Assembly (NCBI GenBank): GCA_965218435.1
Contig: CBDCKW010000009.1
Coordinates: forward strand, 1,376,001-1,440,000
Reading direction: 5' to 3'
Length of the DNA: 64,000 nucleotides
Source: Truepera sp.
GTDB lineage: Bacteria; Deinococcota; Deinococci; Deinococcales; Trueperaceae
The number at the start of each line of letters is the position of its first letter. Position 1 is the stretch's first letter. A model generated the notes under the pieces. That model was given only the letters and a program-made list of their open reading frames with translations. It had not been told where the DNA came from and ran no database searches. The translations under genes and the position numbers were made by a program. Positions 38,155 to 48,031 of this stretch are shown here, one piece after another.

Positions 38155-39399
38155 ATGGTTTACGCCTCTCGAGTCCACGCTGCAAGCTTAGCTGCAAAGT
38201 TACTCGCAAGCTTTCTGCTCGTTTCCTGCAATACCGACGAAGCAACTGCGTCTCCAACGAACCGCGCTCCCACGGTGTCAACCGGCCCTGACCGAACTGC
38301 ACCCCCAGCGACAGGTGTCGCGTTAAACGGCGTCGCTAGCGACCCGGACGGGGACCCGTTGCAAGTGCTGTGGTCAGGTGACGGTGCAACGTTTGCCGAT
38401 GACGCTGCCCTAGAAACCACGGTGACCTTTTCGGGGGTGGGTAGCTACACGCTCACCTTGAGTGTGTCCGACGGCGTGCTTAGTGCCGAGGATAACCTCA
38501 AAGTAAGGGTTGCCGAAACGCCTACGGGTACAGGGATGTGGAAAACACTGCCGCCCACATCAGCGGCGCGGCAAGAGGTCTCTTACGTGCAGCTCGGCGG
38601 TAAGTTTTACCTGGCAGGCGGGAGCACCTTGCATGAAGTCTACGACCCGGTGGCGAAGACGTGGAGGAAGCTCGAGCCCCTCCCCAAAAGTCTCGACCAT
38701 ATTCAGGGCGTAACGCTCGGCGGCAAGGTCTACTATATCGGTGGACTCGCAGGTTGGCCGGGTCCAGCGGTTGCCACGGTTTATAGCTACAATCCGGCGA
38801 CCGACAGCTTTGCCGAGGGTGCGCCCCTGCCCCAAAGCCGAGGCGCGGGCGGCGTCGCGGTATATGACGGCAAGATTTACTACGCGGGGGGCCTGAAAGA
38901 CGCCGAAGTGCAACCCTCGTTTTATCGCTACAACCCGGTTGCCGACAGTTGGTCTGAGCTACCTGATATGCCCCACCCCAGAGATCACTTTCACGCGGCG
39001 GTCCTAAACGGCGTGTTTTACGCCGTCGGCGGACGAGAAGCGGAGATCAACGCGACGATTCCTTTTGTTGACGCCTTTGACTTTGCTACGCAAACCTGGA
39101 CGACACTCGAGACGAGCCTCCCGACCGAACGTGGCGGCTTCGCTACGGCGGTGCTGGGCAACGAAATCTTGATTATCGGCGGTGAGAGCGGGGGCACGCA
39201 CGCCGAAGTCGAGGCGTACACCCCGGCGACCAACAGCTGGCGAACGCTCTCTCCTCTCCCTACCCCCCGTCACGGGATTCAGGCGGCAGTTTGCAGCGGC
39301 GGCGTCTATCTCGCGGCGGGCGGCGTCAAACAGGGTATCGGGCCGTCTACGGTCCACGAGGTTTTTTCGTTCGGAGAACTCGAGCCCTGTATACCTTAA
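38155..39399 (+). CDS. Lipoprotein with PKD-like domain and Kelch beta-propeller
   Basis: LVSC lipobox; ASDPDGDPL; repeated GG..YxP..W Kelch motifs. Confidence 0.8.
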   Translation: MVYASRVHAASLAAKLLASFLLVSCNTDEATASPTNRAPTVSTGPDRTAPPATGVALNGVASDPDGDPLQVLWSGDGATFADDAALETTVTFSGVGSYTLTLSVSDGVLSAEDNLKVRVAETPTGTGMWKTLPPTSAARQEVSYVQLGGKFYLAGGSTLHEVYDPVAKTWRKLEPLPKSLDHIQGVTLGGKVYYIGGLAGWPGPAVATVYSYNPATDSFAEGAPLPQSRGAGGVAVYDGKIYYAGGLKDAEVQPSFYRYNPVADSWSELPDMPHPRDHFHAAVLNGVFYAVGGREAEINATIPFVDAFDFATQTWTTLETSLPTERGGFATAVLGNEILIIGGESGGTHAEVEAYTPATNSWRTLSPLPTPRHGIQAAVCSGGVYLAAGGVKQGIGPSTVHEVFSFGELEPCIP

Positions 39400-39487
39400 A
39401 GGTTATACAGCAGAGGTTGTACAGCTACAGTCGGCACTCGGTAAGACCTACTTAGGTCAAGTTTGGGGAACTGCACTACAATGGTCT

Positions 39488-40489
39488 ATGCAGCTTTTTT
39501 TGCTCCTTTTGACAGCTCTGGTTACATTCTCTTTTAGTACCGCCCAAACGCCGAAACTCCCGGACGGCTACCGTGCTGAAACTCTCGTAACCGGGCTACG
39601 CAGTCCCACGCAGATGACCTTTGGCCCGGACGGACGACTCTGGGTTGCCCAACTTGCCGGGGGTGAAAACGCCGGAACGGGTCAGATTGTCGCGGTTGAC
39701 CTCGAGACTCAGCAGCAGACAGTCTTGCTGCGTGACCTGTTCAAACCGACCGGTCTGGCGGTTACCCAAACTGACCTCTGGGTGATGGCCGGAAACCAGC
39801 TTTTGCGTGCGCCGCTCTTAAGAAATGGGACTGAGGGTGCGGGGAGGCTCGAGGTCGTCTTGCAAAATTTGCCTAACAACGGGCGTTCGCTAGGGACGTT
39901 GACTCTCACGCCGGACGGCGGCCTGCTCTTTGAAACGAGCGGCGCACTCACCGCCAGCGGCCCACAAAAAGATTCCGGTATCTTGTGGCGTGTAAACCTC
40001 GAAAATCCCAACAACCCCGAACCGTTAGCTACCGGCTTTAAGGGAGCCTATGGTCACACGTTTGCCCCTGACGGCGCACTCTACACCACCGAGATCGGTG
40101 ACGACCCGATGAACGGTGCGCCCCCATCTGACGAGCTTAACGCTGTTAAACCGGGCGCAAACTATGGCTGGCCCAAATGCTATGGGCGGCGGCTCCCGGC
40201 AAAAAATACCGGCGGAACGTCTGAATTCTGCCAAATGACACAGGCTCCGCTTGCCCTGTTCGCCCCCGGCGCAACCCCGACGAGCGTCGCCGCGTCACCA
40301 TTTTCGCCGGGCAAACTCTTCGCCTCACTCTGGACGCTTTCAAAAGTCGTTCAAGTAGACGCGCAAACGGGCAAAGTGACGCCGTTTATAACCGGCATCA
40401 CGCTGCCGCAAGACCTGCTCGTTGACGGCAACACGCTGCTCGTCAGCAGCTTTGCCACCGGGACGGTCTACCGCGTGAGTAAAAATTAG
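39488..40489 (+). CDS. PQQ-dependent sugar dehydrogenase-like (GSDH) beta-propeller
   Basis: LPDGY, GLRSP..FGPDG, DELN..PGANYGWP; TACAAT-N5-ATG at 39488. Confidence 0.8.
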   Translation: MQLFLLLLTALVTFSFSTAQTPKLPDGYRAETLVTGLRSPTQMTFGPDGRLWVAQLAGGENAGTGQIVAVDLETQQQTVLLRDLFKPTGLAVTQTDLWVMAGNQLLRAPLLRNGTEGAGRLEVVLQNLPNNGRSLGTLTLTPDGGLLFETSGALTASGPQKDSGILWRVNLENPNNPEPLATGFKGAYGHTFAPDGALYTTEIGDDPMNGAPPSDELNAVKPGANYGWPKCYGRRLPAKNTGGTSEFCQMTQAPLALFAPGATPTSVAASPFSPGKLFASLWTLSKVVQVDAQTGKVTPFITGITLPQDLLVDGNTLLVSSFATGTVYRVSKN

Positions 40490-41414
40490 TAGACCTCCGG
40501 CGAAAGTCACACAATGGCTTGTAGATCATGGTTGTAGAGAGCAGCAATGAGATTAAGCCGAAGTCCAAAGCGCCTGCGCCGATGACGATAGGTTTCTTTG
40601 AGGATACGCCAGACCTTAAGCTTACGAATGACGTGTTCAGCGAGGATGCGTTCTTTAGCTAGGATGCGGTTATGTAGCTGTTGCTCTGGGGTAAGTACGT
40701 TACCCTTCCAACGTTTATGCGGGGTACGACTTTTGGGATGAAGCTTAGCCACGCCCTGAAAGCCGCTATCAGAAAGAAGTTCGGTGTTTGGCGCGAGCAC
40801 CGTAGCGCAGCGGCTTTGTGTCAATAACTTGAAGTCGTGTGCTCGGCCTTTGCCATAAGCCGTACATAGGATGCGCTGACTGTTTTGTGCAACAAATACT
40901 TGGCTCTTTTGCGTGTGTCGTTTCTTCTTACCCGAGTAGTAACGCCGCTACCCTGCCGCTGCGCTTGGGGCACTTTGTTTTTTTGGGACGTTCAACCGGC
41001 GACTCGGCAATATCCACTACCACAACTTCTAGCGTCTGGTCGTCACGCAACGCTTTGCGTCCCGGCAGTGTGAACTTACCCGAGCTGATGAGGGCGTCTT
41101 CGACGCGTTCTATGGTGCGCCGCACGGTGCTCTCGTCTACGCCCCAATCTTCTGACAAGTGAAAGTGGGTTCGGTATTCTCGTAAAAACGATAGGGTCAG
41201 TACAAGTTGGTCTTCAAGACACAGCGCGGGAGTTCGTCCGCGTTTCTTCTTCCGCCCCTCTCTCGCTTTAAGTAACTCCAGCATCGTTCTGAAAGTGGTG
41301 GGCTTGACCCCAAGTTTGCGTTTGAACTTCTCAGGTGACAACTTTAGACTCCGTGCTGTTTGTTCGCGCATCTTTACATGTTGTCATCTTCGAGCTACTT
41401 TCGCCGGAGGTCTA
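40490..41414 (-). mobile_element. Second IS5-family (ISL2-like) element with a two-ORF frameshift transposase, probably inactive
   Basis: TIR TAGACCTCCGGCGAAA at both ends; ORF1 40928-41371 (HTH, LREYRT, VDIAESPVERPKK), A7 run, ORF2 YYSGKKKRHT..DSGFQG..EHV with an in-frame TAG at 40948. Confidence 0.88.
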
Positions 41415-41550
41415 GTGTATCTGTCGGCCTCTTCATCTGAATAACAGCGTGGGTCATTAAACGTTATGACCGTAACCTTAAATGGGAAACGCTGCGCAAG
41501 GTAGAAAAGAAGCTCGAGCAAGCCAAATAAGCGTATGGTAATTTAGCGCC

Positions 41551-42345
41551 ATGTATACACTTGACCTAAGCGGCAAAAAAGGCGTTGTTTTTGGCGTCAC
41601 CAATCAGCGTTCGATCGGCTGGGCCATCGCCGAAAAACTCTCACAAGCAGGCGCACAACTCGCGTTCGGTTATCAAGGCGAAAGACTTAAAGGCACCTTA
41701 GAAAAGCTCACCGTCGGGTTTAATAATCCCCTGCTTTTACAGTGTGACGTCACCCAAGACGATGAACTCGACGCAGCTTTCTCAACCCTGAAAAGCGAGT
41801 TTGGTGAACTTGATTACCTCATTCACGCCGTTGCTTTTGCCCCACCAGCAACGTTTGAACGACCCTTTTACGAGGTTTCCCGCGAAGACTGGGCGCTGGC
41901 GATGGACGTGTCGGCCTATTCACTCGTGGCGATGGCGCAGCGGGCGCAGCCGCTACTGAAAGAGGGCGGCGGGATGTTGGCGCTCTCGTATCTGGCGGCT
42001 GAACGTGTGGTGCCGCACTACAACATGATGGGCGTGGCGAAGGCGGCGCTCGAGGCCAGCGTCAGATTCCTCGCCTACGACCTCGGCGCGCAAGGTGTCC
42101 GGGTCAACGCGATTAGCGCGGGGCCGCTGCGCACCGTGGCAGCCCGGAGCATTTCAGGGTTTGGCAGCATGTTTGAAGCCGCCGGTAAACTCTCGATGCT
42201 AAAGCGCAACATCACCCAGGATGAGGTTGCGGGCGTTGCCTTGTCGCTCCTGACTGAAGAACTAGGCGGCGGCGTCACGGGGGAGACCGTGTATGTAGAC
42301 GCCGGGTACAATGCGATGGGGATGTTTTTGGACGAGCAAAAATAA
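41551..42345 (+). CDS. fabI: Enoyl-ACP reductase
   Basis: GVTNQRSIGW, SAYS, YNMMGVAKAALE, RVNAISAGP. Confidence 0.95.
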   Translation: MYTLDLSGKKGVVFGVTNQRSIGWAIAEKLSQAGAQLAFGYQGERLKGTLEKLTVGFNNPLLLQCDVTQDDELDAAFSTLKSEFGELDYLIHAVAFAPPATFERPFYEVSREDWALAMDVSAYSLVAMAQRAQPLLKEGGGMLALSYLAAERVVPHYNMMGVAKAALEASVRFLAYDLGAQGVRVNAISAGPLRTVAARSISGFGSMFEAAGKLSMLKRNITQDEVAGVALSLLTEELGGGVTGETVYVDAGYNAMGMFLDEQK

Positions 42346-42349
42346 CTTT

Positions 42350-43270
42350 TCACTTCGGACGATTCGTTATGGAAGCTTCAATCCTTAATTGGAGCTTCTT
42401 ACGTAAATCGGCAGCGTCTGTCCAAACTATGTGATTGTACTGCCGGGTATCGAAATGAAGATTTCCTATGTCTTCTTCTTTACAAGTCCAGATAACGGGG
42501 ATGCCAAGCCCCATAGCAAATCCGGCTTCAAAGTAGACGCCACCCCGCTGTCCCGTAAAATCTGCTATTAACAAACCACTTTTGCGGATTTCTGCGATGA
42601 TGAGGTCGTCAATTTTGCCGTTGTGCTCTTTCATATCTACACGAAAGGGCTTATAGGCTGTGGCCTCAAGCGCCGGTAGAAAACCCTCCGAAAAAGCCGT
42701 GTTCATATCTTCGCTGAACCACATAGCGACAAAAGCCTGATGAGAATCACTTTGTTGAAGGCGAAGGTTTGAAACACGTTCCCATCCTCCGAGTGACAAG
42801 CGAAAGTCTGCGAAACTCCAAGTTTCTGGGACTTTGGCTTCTAAATAATTGAGTTCTTTGGCCTTTTCTACAAGAAACTTAAAATCGTCAGAGTTTCGTG
42901 CATATCCGATAGGATAATCGGTCTCAACATCTAAATGTACCCAACTTGTGAAAGTCTCTGCTTTTCGATAGGTATGTAGAAGGATACGATCTATGGACGC
43001 TAAAGGGTCGTCCCTAAAAGGAATCTGTGCTTGAAGTTCACTGAGACTGTGAAGTATTGGTATTACACCTGTCTCGGATTTTTCTCTGATTACTCCGGAT
43101 AGAAGATAACTTGGTTCAATATTTGGGCTTTGAAACGGGCTTGCTGGCTCAATCTCCATTAGAAAGCGTTCCGTGGGACGATACGTACCACATATCTTGC
43201 ACTTGATGTCATCTTGCGAAGGTTGAAATTCTAGTACCGAGTTTCTACAAACTGGACATTCGTAAGACAT
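42350..43270 (-). CDS. Zn-finger plus nucleoside 2-deoxyribosyltransferase/TIR-like domain protein
   Basis: CPVC..CKIC; QAFVAMWF, IDDLIIAEIR, IADFT..RGGVYFEAGFAMG, HFDTRQYNHI; low GC. Confidence 0.75.
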   Translation of the reverse strand: MSYECPVCRNSVLEFQPSQDDIKCKICGTYRPTERFLMEIEPASPFQSPNIEPSYLLSGVIREKSETGVIPILHSLSELQAQIPFRDDPLASIDRILLHTYRKAETFTSWVHLDVETDYPIGYARNSDDFKFLVEKAKELNYLEAKVPETWSFADFRLSLGGWERVSNLRLQQSDSHQAFVAMWFSEDMNTAFSEGFLPALEATAYKPFRVDMKEHNGKIDDLIIAEIRKSGLLIADFTGQRGGVYFEAGFAMGLGIPVIWTCKEEDIGNLHFDTRQYNHIVWTDAADLRKKLQLRIEASITNRPK

Positions 43271-43354
43271 AACAGAACTATATTCCGCACTTCTTTAATT
43301 CGGAGCAAAGTAAACTAATGTCGCATGTTACATACATGTGCTAATGTCATAAAC

Positions 43355-43585
43355 ATGTCTAAGATGATTCAAATTCGCAACGTACCGGACGACCTGCACC
43401 GTAAACTTAAAGTGCGAGCCGCCGAACTTGGGATGACGCTTTCAGACTATCTGCTCTCCGAGGCGCGGCAAGCAGCGGAAAAACCGACTCTACAGGAGAT
43501 GTTGGCGCGGCTTGCGGAAGAGGAGCCCATCGCCCTAGATGAAGACCCAGCCGTGACGATTCGCCGTCACCGAGACAGTGACTAG
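43355..43585 (+). CDS. FitA/VapB-like RHH antitoxin
   Basis: IQIRNVPDDLHRKLKVRAAELGMTLSDY. Confidence 0.85.
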   Translation: MSKMIQIRNVPDDLHRKLKVRAAELGMTLSDYLLSEARQAAEKPTLQEMLARLAEEEPIALDEDPAVTIRRHRDSD

Positions 43586-43988
43586 CGTGGTTGTTATTGA
43601 CGCGTCAGCAGTCGCCGCTTTACTTCTCAATCAGCCGAATGCGGCGCAGCTTCGTGAACGTTTGGCGCACGAGAATACTTTGCACGCGCCGCACCTGCTC
43701 GACCTCGAGGTTACGCAAGTTTTACGGCGTGCACTCAGGCAGGGTCTACTAAATGAGACGCGTGCAGCGTTACGGTTAGTTGCGCTCAAAGAGTTGCCGC
43801 TGACGCGTTACCCTCACGAACCGTTTCTGGACCGAATCTGGGAGCTGCGCGGGGCGGTTACCGCTTATGACGCAGCCTATGTCGCCCTCGCCGAAGCTCT
43901 CGCTGCGCCGCTTGTCACTACCGACAGACCTTTAAGCCGTGTACCGGGACTTCGCGCTGTGGTCGAGTTTTACGGCAACCCTGAGTAA
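43578..43988 (+). CDS. vapC: VapC PIN-domain toxin
   Basis: VIDASA, APHLLDLEV, TAYDAAYVALAE, LVTTD. Confidence 0.9.
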   Translation: MTSVVVIDASAVAALLLNQPNAAQLRERLAHENTLHAPHLLDLEVTQVLRRALRQGLLNETRAALRLVALKELPLTRYPHEPFLDRIWELRGAVTAYDAAYVALAEALAAPLVTTDRPLSRVPGLRAVVEFYGNPE

Positions 43989-44037
43989 ACCAGCCTAAAC
44001 GGTGACTCTGACCGGTAGAAGCCTGTTATACTGCCTT

Positions 44038-44085
44038 ATGTCTAAGCTGTCTTCTCAGCTCGAGCCTCAGCGATGGCGTCTCTGA
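44038..44085 (+). CDS. trpL: Putative trp leader peptide MSKLSSQLEPQRWRL
   Basis: Leaderless TATACT-N5-ATG; single Trp codon near the end; 56 nt upstream of trpE. Confidence 0.6.
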   Translation: MSKLSSQLEPQRWRL

Positions 44086-44141
44086 CCCAAGCTTTATATA
44101 TTGGCGTCACCCTGCTGTTTTCTCGAGCCTGAAAAGGAGAC

Positions 44142-45578
44142 TTGCTTATTACCCCGCTCAAGTTGCCCCGGATTAAACCTGTTTACAAAGAAGTTCTAGC
44201 CGACCTAGAAACCCCGCTGACTGCGTACCTTAAAGTTGCCGGACACCCGAGTTTTCTTTTAGAGAGCGTCGAGCAGGGTGAACGCGTCGCCCGTTATTCG
44301 TTTATCGGCACCGGCGAGCGCCGCCGGATTGAAGCGCGGGGGGACGCGGTGCAGGTCAGCACGCCTGAAGGTGCGGAGAGTTTCGAGAGTGCCGACCCTT
44401 TACGCGTCTTATGGGACCTGACCGTCCGTGACGCCGAACATGATCCCAATTTGCCCGACTTCTGGGCGGGCAGCGTCGGTTACGCGGCCTACGACCTGAT
44501 TCGGCAATACGAAAAGCTGCCGGATACTAATCCTGACGAGTTAGGTATTCCAGACCTACTCTTCATCGAACCCGAAGCCCTGATTATCTTTGACCACCTC
44601 AAGCGGCGTATCTTTTTAGTTGCGCCCGCCGAAGTTGATAATGGCGCGGATGAAGCTAGGGCACACACCCTCATTGAAGGACTTTACGGCAAACTGCGCG
44701 GGCCACTGCCGGGGGTTCCCGGCGACCGGGCGGGCAGGCGCGTGACATTCACGCCGAACGTGACGAAAAAGCAATATATGGACGCCGTGACCAAAGCCGT
44801 TGACTACATTCACGCCGGAGACATCTTTCAAGTCGTGCCGAGCCAGCGTCTGAGCGCCGAGTTGGGCGTCCATCCGTTCGCGCTCTACCGGGCGCTCCGC
44901 GTCGTCAATCCTAGTCCGTACTTAGGCTACTTAGACCTCGGCCCGGTAACTTTAGTGGCGAGCAGCCCTGAAAGCTTGGTGCGGAGTGACGGCTTACGGG
45001 TTGAAACGCTGCCGATTGCCGGAACCCGCAAACGTGGAAAAGATGCCGCCGAAGACGACGCTCTTAAAACCGAACTCTTAGCCGACGCAAAAGAGTGCGC
45101 TGAACACATCATGCTCGTGGATTTGGGCCGTAACGACCTCGGGCGCGTGTGCGAGTTCGGCAGTGTCAAGGTTACCGACCTGATGCGCGTTGAACGTTAC
45201 AGCCACGTCATGCACATCGTCTCGAGCGTTGAGGGGACACTCTCCCAAGACAAAACGCCGCTTGACGCACTCGCCTCAACGTTGCCGATGGGTACCGCTT
45301 CGGGCGCACCCAAAATCCGGGCGATGGAGATTATTGATGAGCTCGAGACCGTCCGCCGTGGTCCCTACGCGGGCGCGTTCGGTTACGTGTCGGTTTCCGG
45401 TGCGATGGACATGGCGCTGACGCTCCGCACGGCGGTGATTACGGGTGGCAAGATTCACCTGCAAGCCGGGGGCGGTGTGGTGGCCGATTCCGACCCGGAG
45501 TATGAATATCAGGAGAGTATGAACAAGTTGGCGGCGCTCGTGCGGGCGGTAGAGTTAGCAACCGAAGGTTTAGCGTAA
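44142..45578 (+). CDS. trpE: Anthranilate synthase component I
   Basis: FLLESVE, GDIFQVV, NPSPY, PIAGTR, EH.MLVDLGRND, SGAPKIRA. Confidence 0.95.
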   Translation: MLITPLKLPRIKPVYKEVLADLETPLTAYLKVAGHPSFLLESVEQGERVARYSFIGTGERRRIEARGDAVQVSTPEGAESFESADPLRVLWDLTVRDAEHDPNLPDFWAGSVGYAAYDLIRQYEKLPDTNPDELGIPDLLFIEPEALIIFDHLKRRIFLVAPAEVDNGADEARAHTLIEGLYGKLRGPLPGVPGDRAGRRVTFTPNVTKKQYMDAVTKAVDYIHAGDIFQVVPSQRLSAELGVHPFALYRALRVVNPSPYLGYLDLGPVTLVASSPESLVRSDGLRVETLPIAGTRKRGKDAAEDDALKTELLADAKECAEHIMLVDLGRNDLGRVCEFGSVKVTDLMRVERYSHVMHIVSSVEGTLSQDKTPLDALASTLPMGTASGAPKIRAMEIIDELETVRRGPYAGAFGYVSVSGAMDMALTLRTAVITGGKIHLQAGGGVVADSDPEYEYQESMNKLAALVRAVELATEGLA

Positions 45579-46051
45579 TGGCCGCTACCATCCGCGCCGT
45601 AAAACTAGAAGATGCCCCGGCCCTCGCCGACTTGGTACGAGACCTCGGCGAGTTCTCGAGCGTCACCCAAGAGGTTCCCGCTGTGACGTTTAGGCGGGTA
45701 GAGCAGCACTTGGGGATTATTACCACGAGTGAGCGGCACACCTTACTCGTCGCTGAAGAGAACGGCGAGCTTATCGGCTACTGCAGTGCACACTGGATTC
45801 CGATGATGTCGCAGCTCAGTGGGTTTGTCAGCGAACTTTTTGTCAGACCTTCACGCCGCGGTGAAGGGATAGGGACAAGGCTGCTCGGGCACATTGAAAC
45901 CGAAGCCAGAGCGCGGGGGTGCGGGCGGTTACATCTCGAGAACTTCCGCACCAAAGCGTCGTATAAGCGCGGTTACTATGCTAAGCACGGTTTTAGCGAG
46001 CGGCCCGCCGCGGCCAGTTTTATTCTCGATTTACGGGAGACGACGCCGTGA
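45578..46051 (+). CDS. GNAT family N-acetyltransferase
   Basis: [20 protein letters not shown]. Confidence 0.85.
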   Translation: MAATIRAVKLEDAPALADLVRDLGEFSSVTQEVPAVTFRRVEQHLGIITTSERHTLLVAEENGELIGYCSAHWIPMMSQLSGFVSELFVRPSRRGEGIGTRLLGHIETEARARGCGRLHLENFRTKASYKRGYYAKHGFSERPAAASFILDLRETTP

Positions 46052-46635
46052 GTAGAACAGCGAAACGCATCCTCATCATAGACAACTACGACTCGTTTAC
46101 CTATAACTTGGTGCAATATTTGGGCGAACTCGGCGTGGAAATAACCGTCTGGCGTAACGACCAATTTGACCTCGCCGACATTGACGACTTAAACCCTGAC
46201 GGTATCGTCGTGTCACCGGGGCCTTGTACCCCTACGGAAGCGGGCCATTCGGTCGAGGTCATCCGGCAGTACGGCGCAAACACACCCGTTCTGGGCGTAT
46301 GCCTAGGCCATCAGAGTATCGGCGCAGCGTTTGGCGCGAAGGTCGAGCGTGCGCCGCTGATTATGCACGGCAAAACGAGCGAAGTAGCAAACGACGGTAG
46401 CGGGGTTTTTATCGGTCTGCCAGAAACGGTGACGGTGACGCGTTATCACTCGCTGATTGTCCGCGATTTGCCGGAGGTTTTAGAAACGAACGCCTGGGTA
46501 GACGAAGCGGGCGAGCGTGTCGTGATGGGCCTCAAGCATAGAGACTATCCGATCTGGGGCGTGCAGTTTCACCCGGAGAGCGTGCTGACCGAAACCGGTA
46601 AGGCGATGCTGAAAAACTTTTTGGACCTCTGCTGA
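46048..46635 (+). CDS. trpG: Anthranilate synthase component II (glutamine amidotransferase)
   Basis: [32 protein letters not shown]. Confidence 0.95.
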   Translation: MSRTAKRILIIDNYDSFTYNLVQYLGELGVEITVWRNDQFDLADIDDLNPDGIVVSPGPCTPTEAGHSVEVIRQYGANTPVLGVCLGHQSIGAAFGAKVERAPLIMHGKTSEVANDGSGVFIGLPETVTVTRYHSLIVRDLPEVLETNAWVDEAGERVVMGLKHRDYPIWGVQFHPESVLTETGKAMLKNFLDLC

Positions 46636-47135
46636 TGCACGCCGTAAAAACGTCAACATGTGACCTCTTGGCTCAAACGCATGTTGTAACGCGCGGAGCA
46701 TTTGCCGTTGACCGCTTTGAGGAGGGCGACGGCTGGCTTTATATGGCGCGGCCTTCTGTCGGTCATCCGCACATTGCCTATATGGAAGCGTATTTGTTGC
46801 CCGCTTTGGGGATTCAGGTCAACCGCTGGCAGCATCATCCAGGCAGTGAGTACGCCTGGTATGACTTTTATGTCGATGTGATGACGTTTGAGACAGGGGA
46901 AACGTATTGGACGAGCCGTGACCTTTACCTCGACGTGGTGGTCGTTGAAGGGCAAGCTGCATACATCGATGATACTGATGAATATCTAGCCGCTATAGAG
47001 GAGGGTCATCTGGACACTGAAGAAGCGGCTTACGCTCTAACGACGGCGCATACTTTGCTAAACGGTCTAGCAAAGTTTGACTACAGTTTGCACGCATGGC
47101 TCAAAAATGTAGCGGGACTCGAGGCAACCTTCTAA
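46635..47135 (+). CDS. DUF402-like protein, paralogue 1
   Basis: YDFYVDV, RDLYLDVVV, DTDEY acidic motifs. Confidence 0.7.
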   Translation: MHAVKTSTCDLLAQTHVVTRGAFAVDRFEEGDGWLYMARPSVGHPHIAYMEAYLLPALGIQVNRWQHHPGSEYAWYDFYVDVMTFETGETYWTSRDLYLDVVVVEGQAAYIDDTDEYLAAIEEGHLDTEEAAYALTTAHTLLNGLAKFDYSLHAWLKNVAGLEATF

Positions 47136-47668
47136 TGCATCCGGTTACCGAAGCTGTTTACAACTTTGAGAAGCGTCAACGTCTACGTCATAAAGTTGAA
47201 GGAGTTGAAATCAGTCGGCTCGTGTATTACAACGTAGGCTCAAATGAGCTTGTGTATGTCGCTGAATACGATGACCATCCAGAGTCTTTAGCGATGCGTG
47301 CTCAGGTACTGCCAGATTTAGGGCTTCAGATCGTACGGTTTGACTACCGTAAACCTAAACGTCCACACGCCAACTTTGATTACTACGTGGATATGGTGCG
47401 CGTTGTGGAACAGGGTGAACGCTGGGTTGTCCGTGACCTTTACTTAGATGTCTTGGTTTACGAGGGCAAAAGAGCCGAAATCATTGATACCGACGAATAT
47501 CTGGCTGCTATCGAGGAAGGTCATCTAAACGCTAAAGAAGCGGCTTACGCCCTCGAGACCGCTCACCAACTCCTCAACGGTTTAGCAAAGCACGAGTACA
47601 GTTTAGAAGCGTATTTACAAGCTGAGGGGGTGACTTTAGCGTGGCCCAAGTTAAAATCTACGCTTTAG
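47135..47668 (+). CDS. DUF402-like protein, paralogue 2
   Basis: FDYYVDM, RDLYLDVLV, DTDEY; TAATG coupling. Confidence 0.7.
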   Translation: MHPVTEAVYNFEKRQRLRHKVEGVEISRLVYYNVGSNELVYVAEYDDHPESLAMRAQVLPDLGLQIVRFDYRKPKRPHANFDYYVDMVRVVEQGERWVVRDLYLDVLVYEGKRAEIIDTDEYLAAIEEGHLNAKEAAYALETAHQLLNGLAKHEYSLEAYLQAEGVTLAWPKLKSTL

Positions 47669-48030
47669 CTTCGACGCTTTCCGGGCAAAGAGAAAAGCTC
47701 TCGGACACCGTCCACAGCTGCTTGGTAGACGCGTTTGCACTCCCTGAAGATAAACGCTTTTACAGGTTTTTCCCCTTGGCCAACAAAGACTTTATCTTTC
47801 CGGCAGGGCGTTCGGAACGCTATACGATTTTAGAAATCTCTATGTTTGAAGGGCGCTCAGATGAGGCGAAAAAGCGGCTGATTCGGCTGCTGTTCGAGCG
47901 TTTTACGGCTAAGTTGGGGTATGACGTAAGTGATCTCGAGCTGACTCTCACTGAAACGCCGCGCACAAACTGGGGGATTCGCGGTTTGCCGGGGGATGAG
48001 CTGGAGCTCTCCTACAAGGTTGAGGTCTAA
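47641..48030 (+). CDS. Tautomerase family protein
   Basis: LPEDKRF.RF, ISMFEGRS..AKK, ETP..NWGIRG. Confidence 0.85.
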   Translation: MAQVKIYALASTLSGQREKLSDTVHSCLVDAFALPEDKRFYRFFPLANKDFIFPAGRSERYTILEISMFEGRSDEAKKRLIRLLFERFTAKLGYDVSDLELTLTETPRTNWGIRGLPGDELELSYKVEV

Positions 48031-48031
48031 A

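Noticed and set aside
39182..39487. N-terminal extension of the GSDH ORF
   Set aside because: Overlaps the Kelch gene; the signal peptide and -10 box point to ATG 39488
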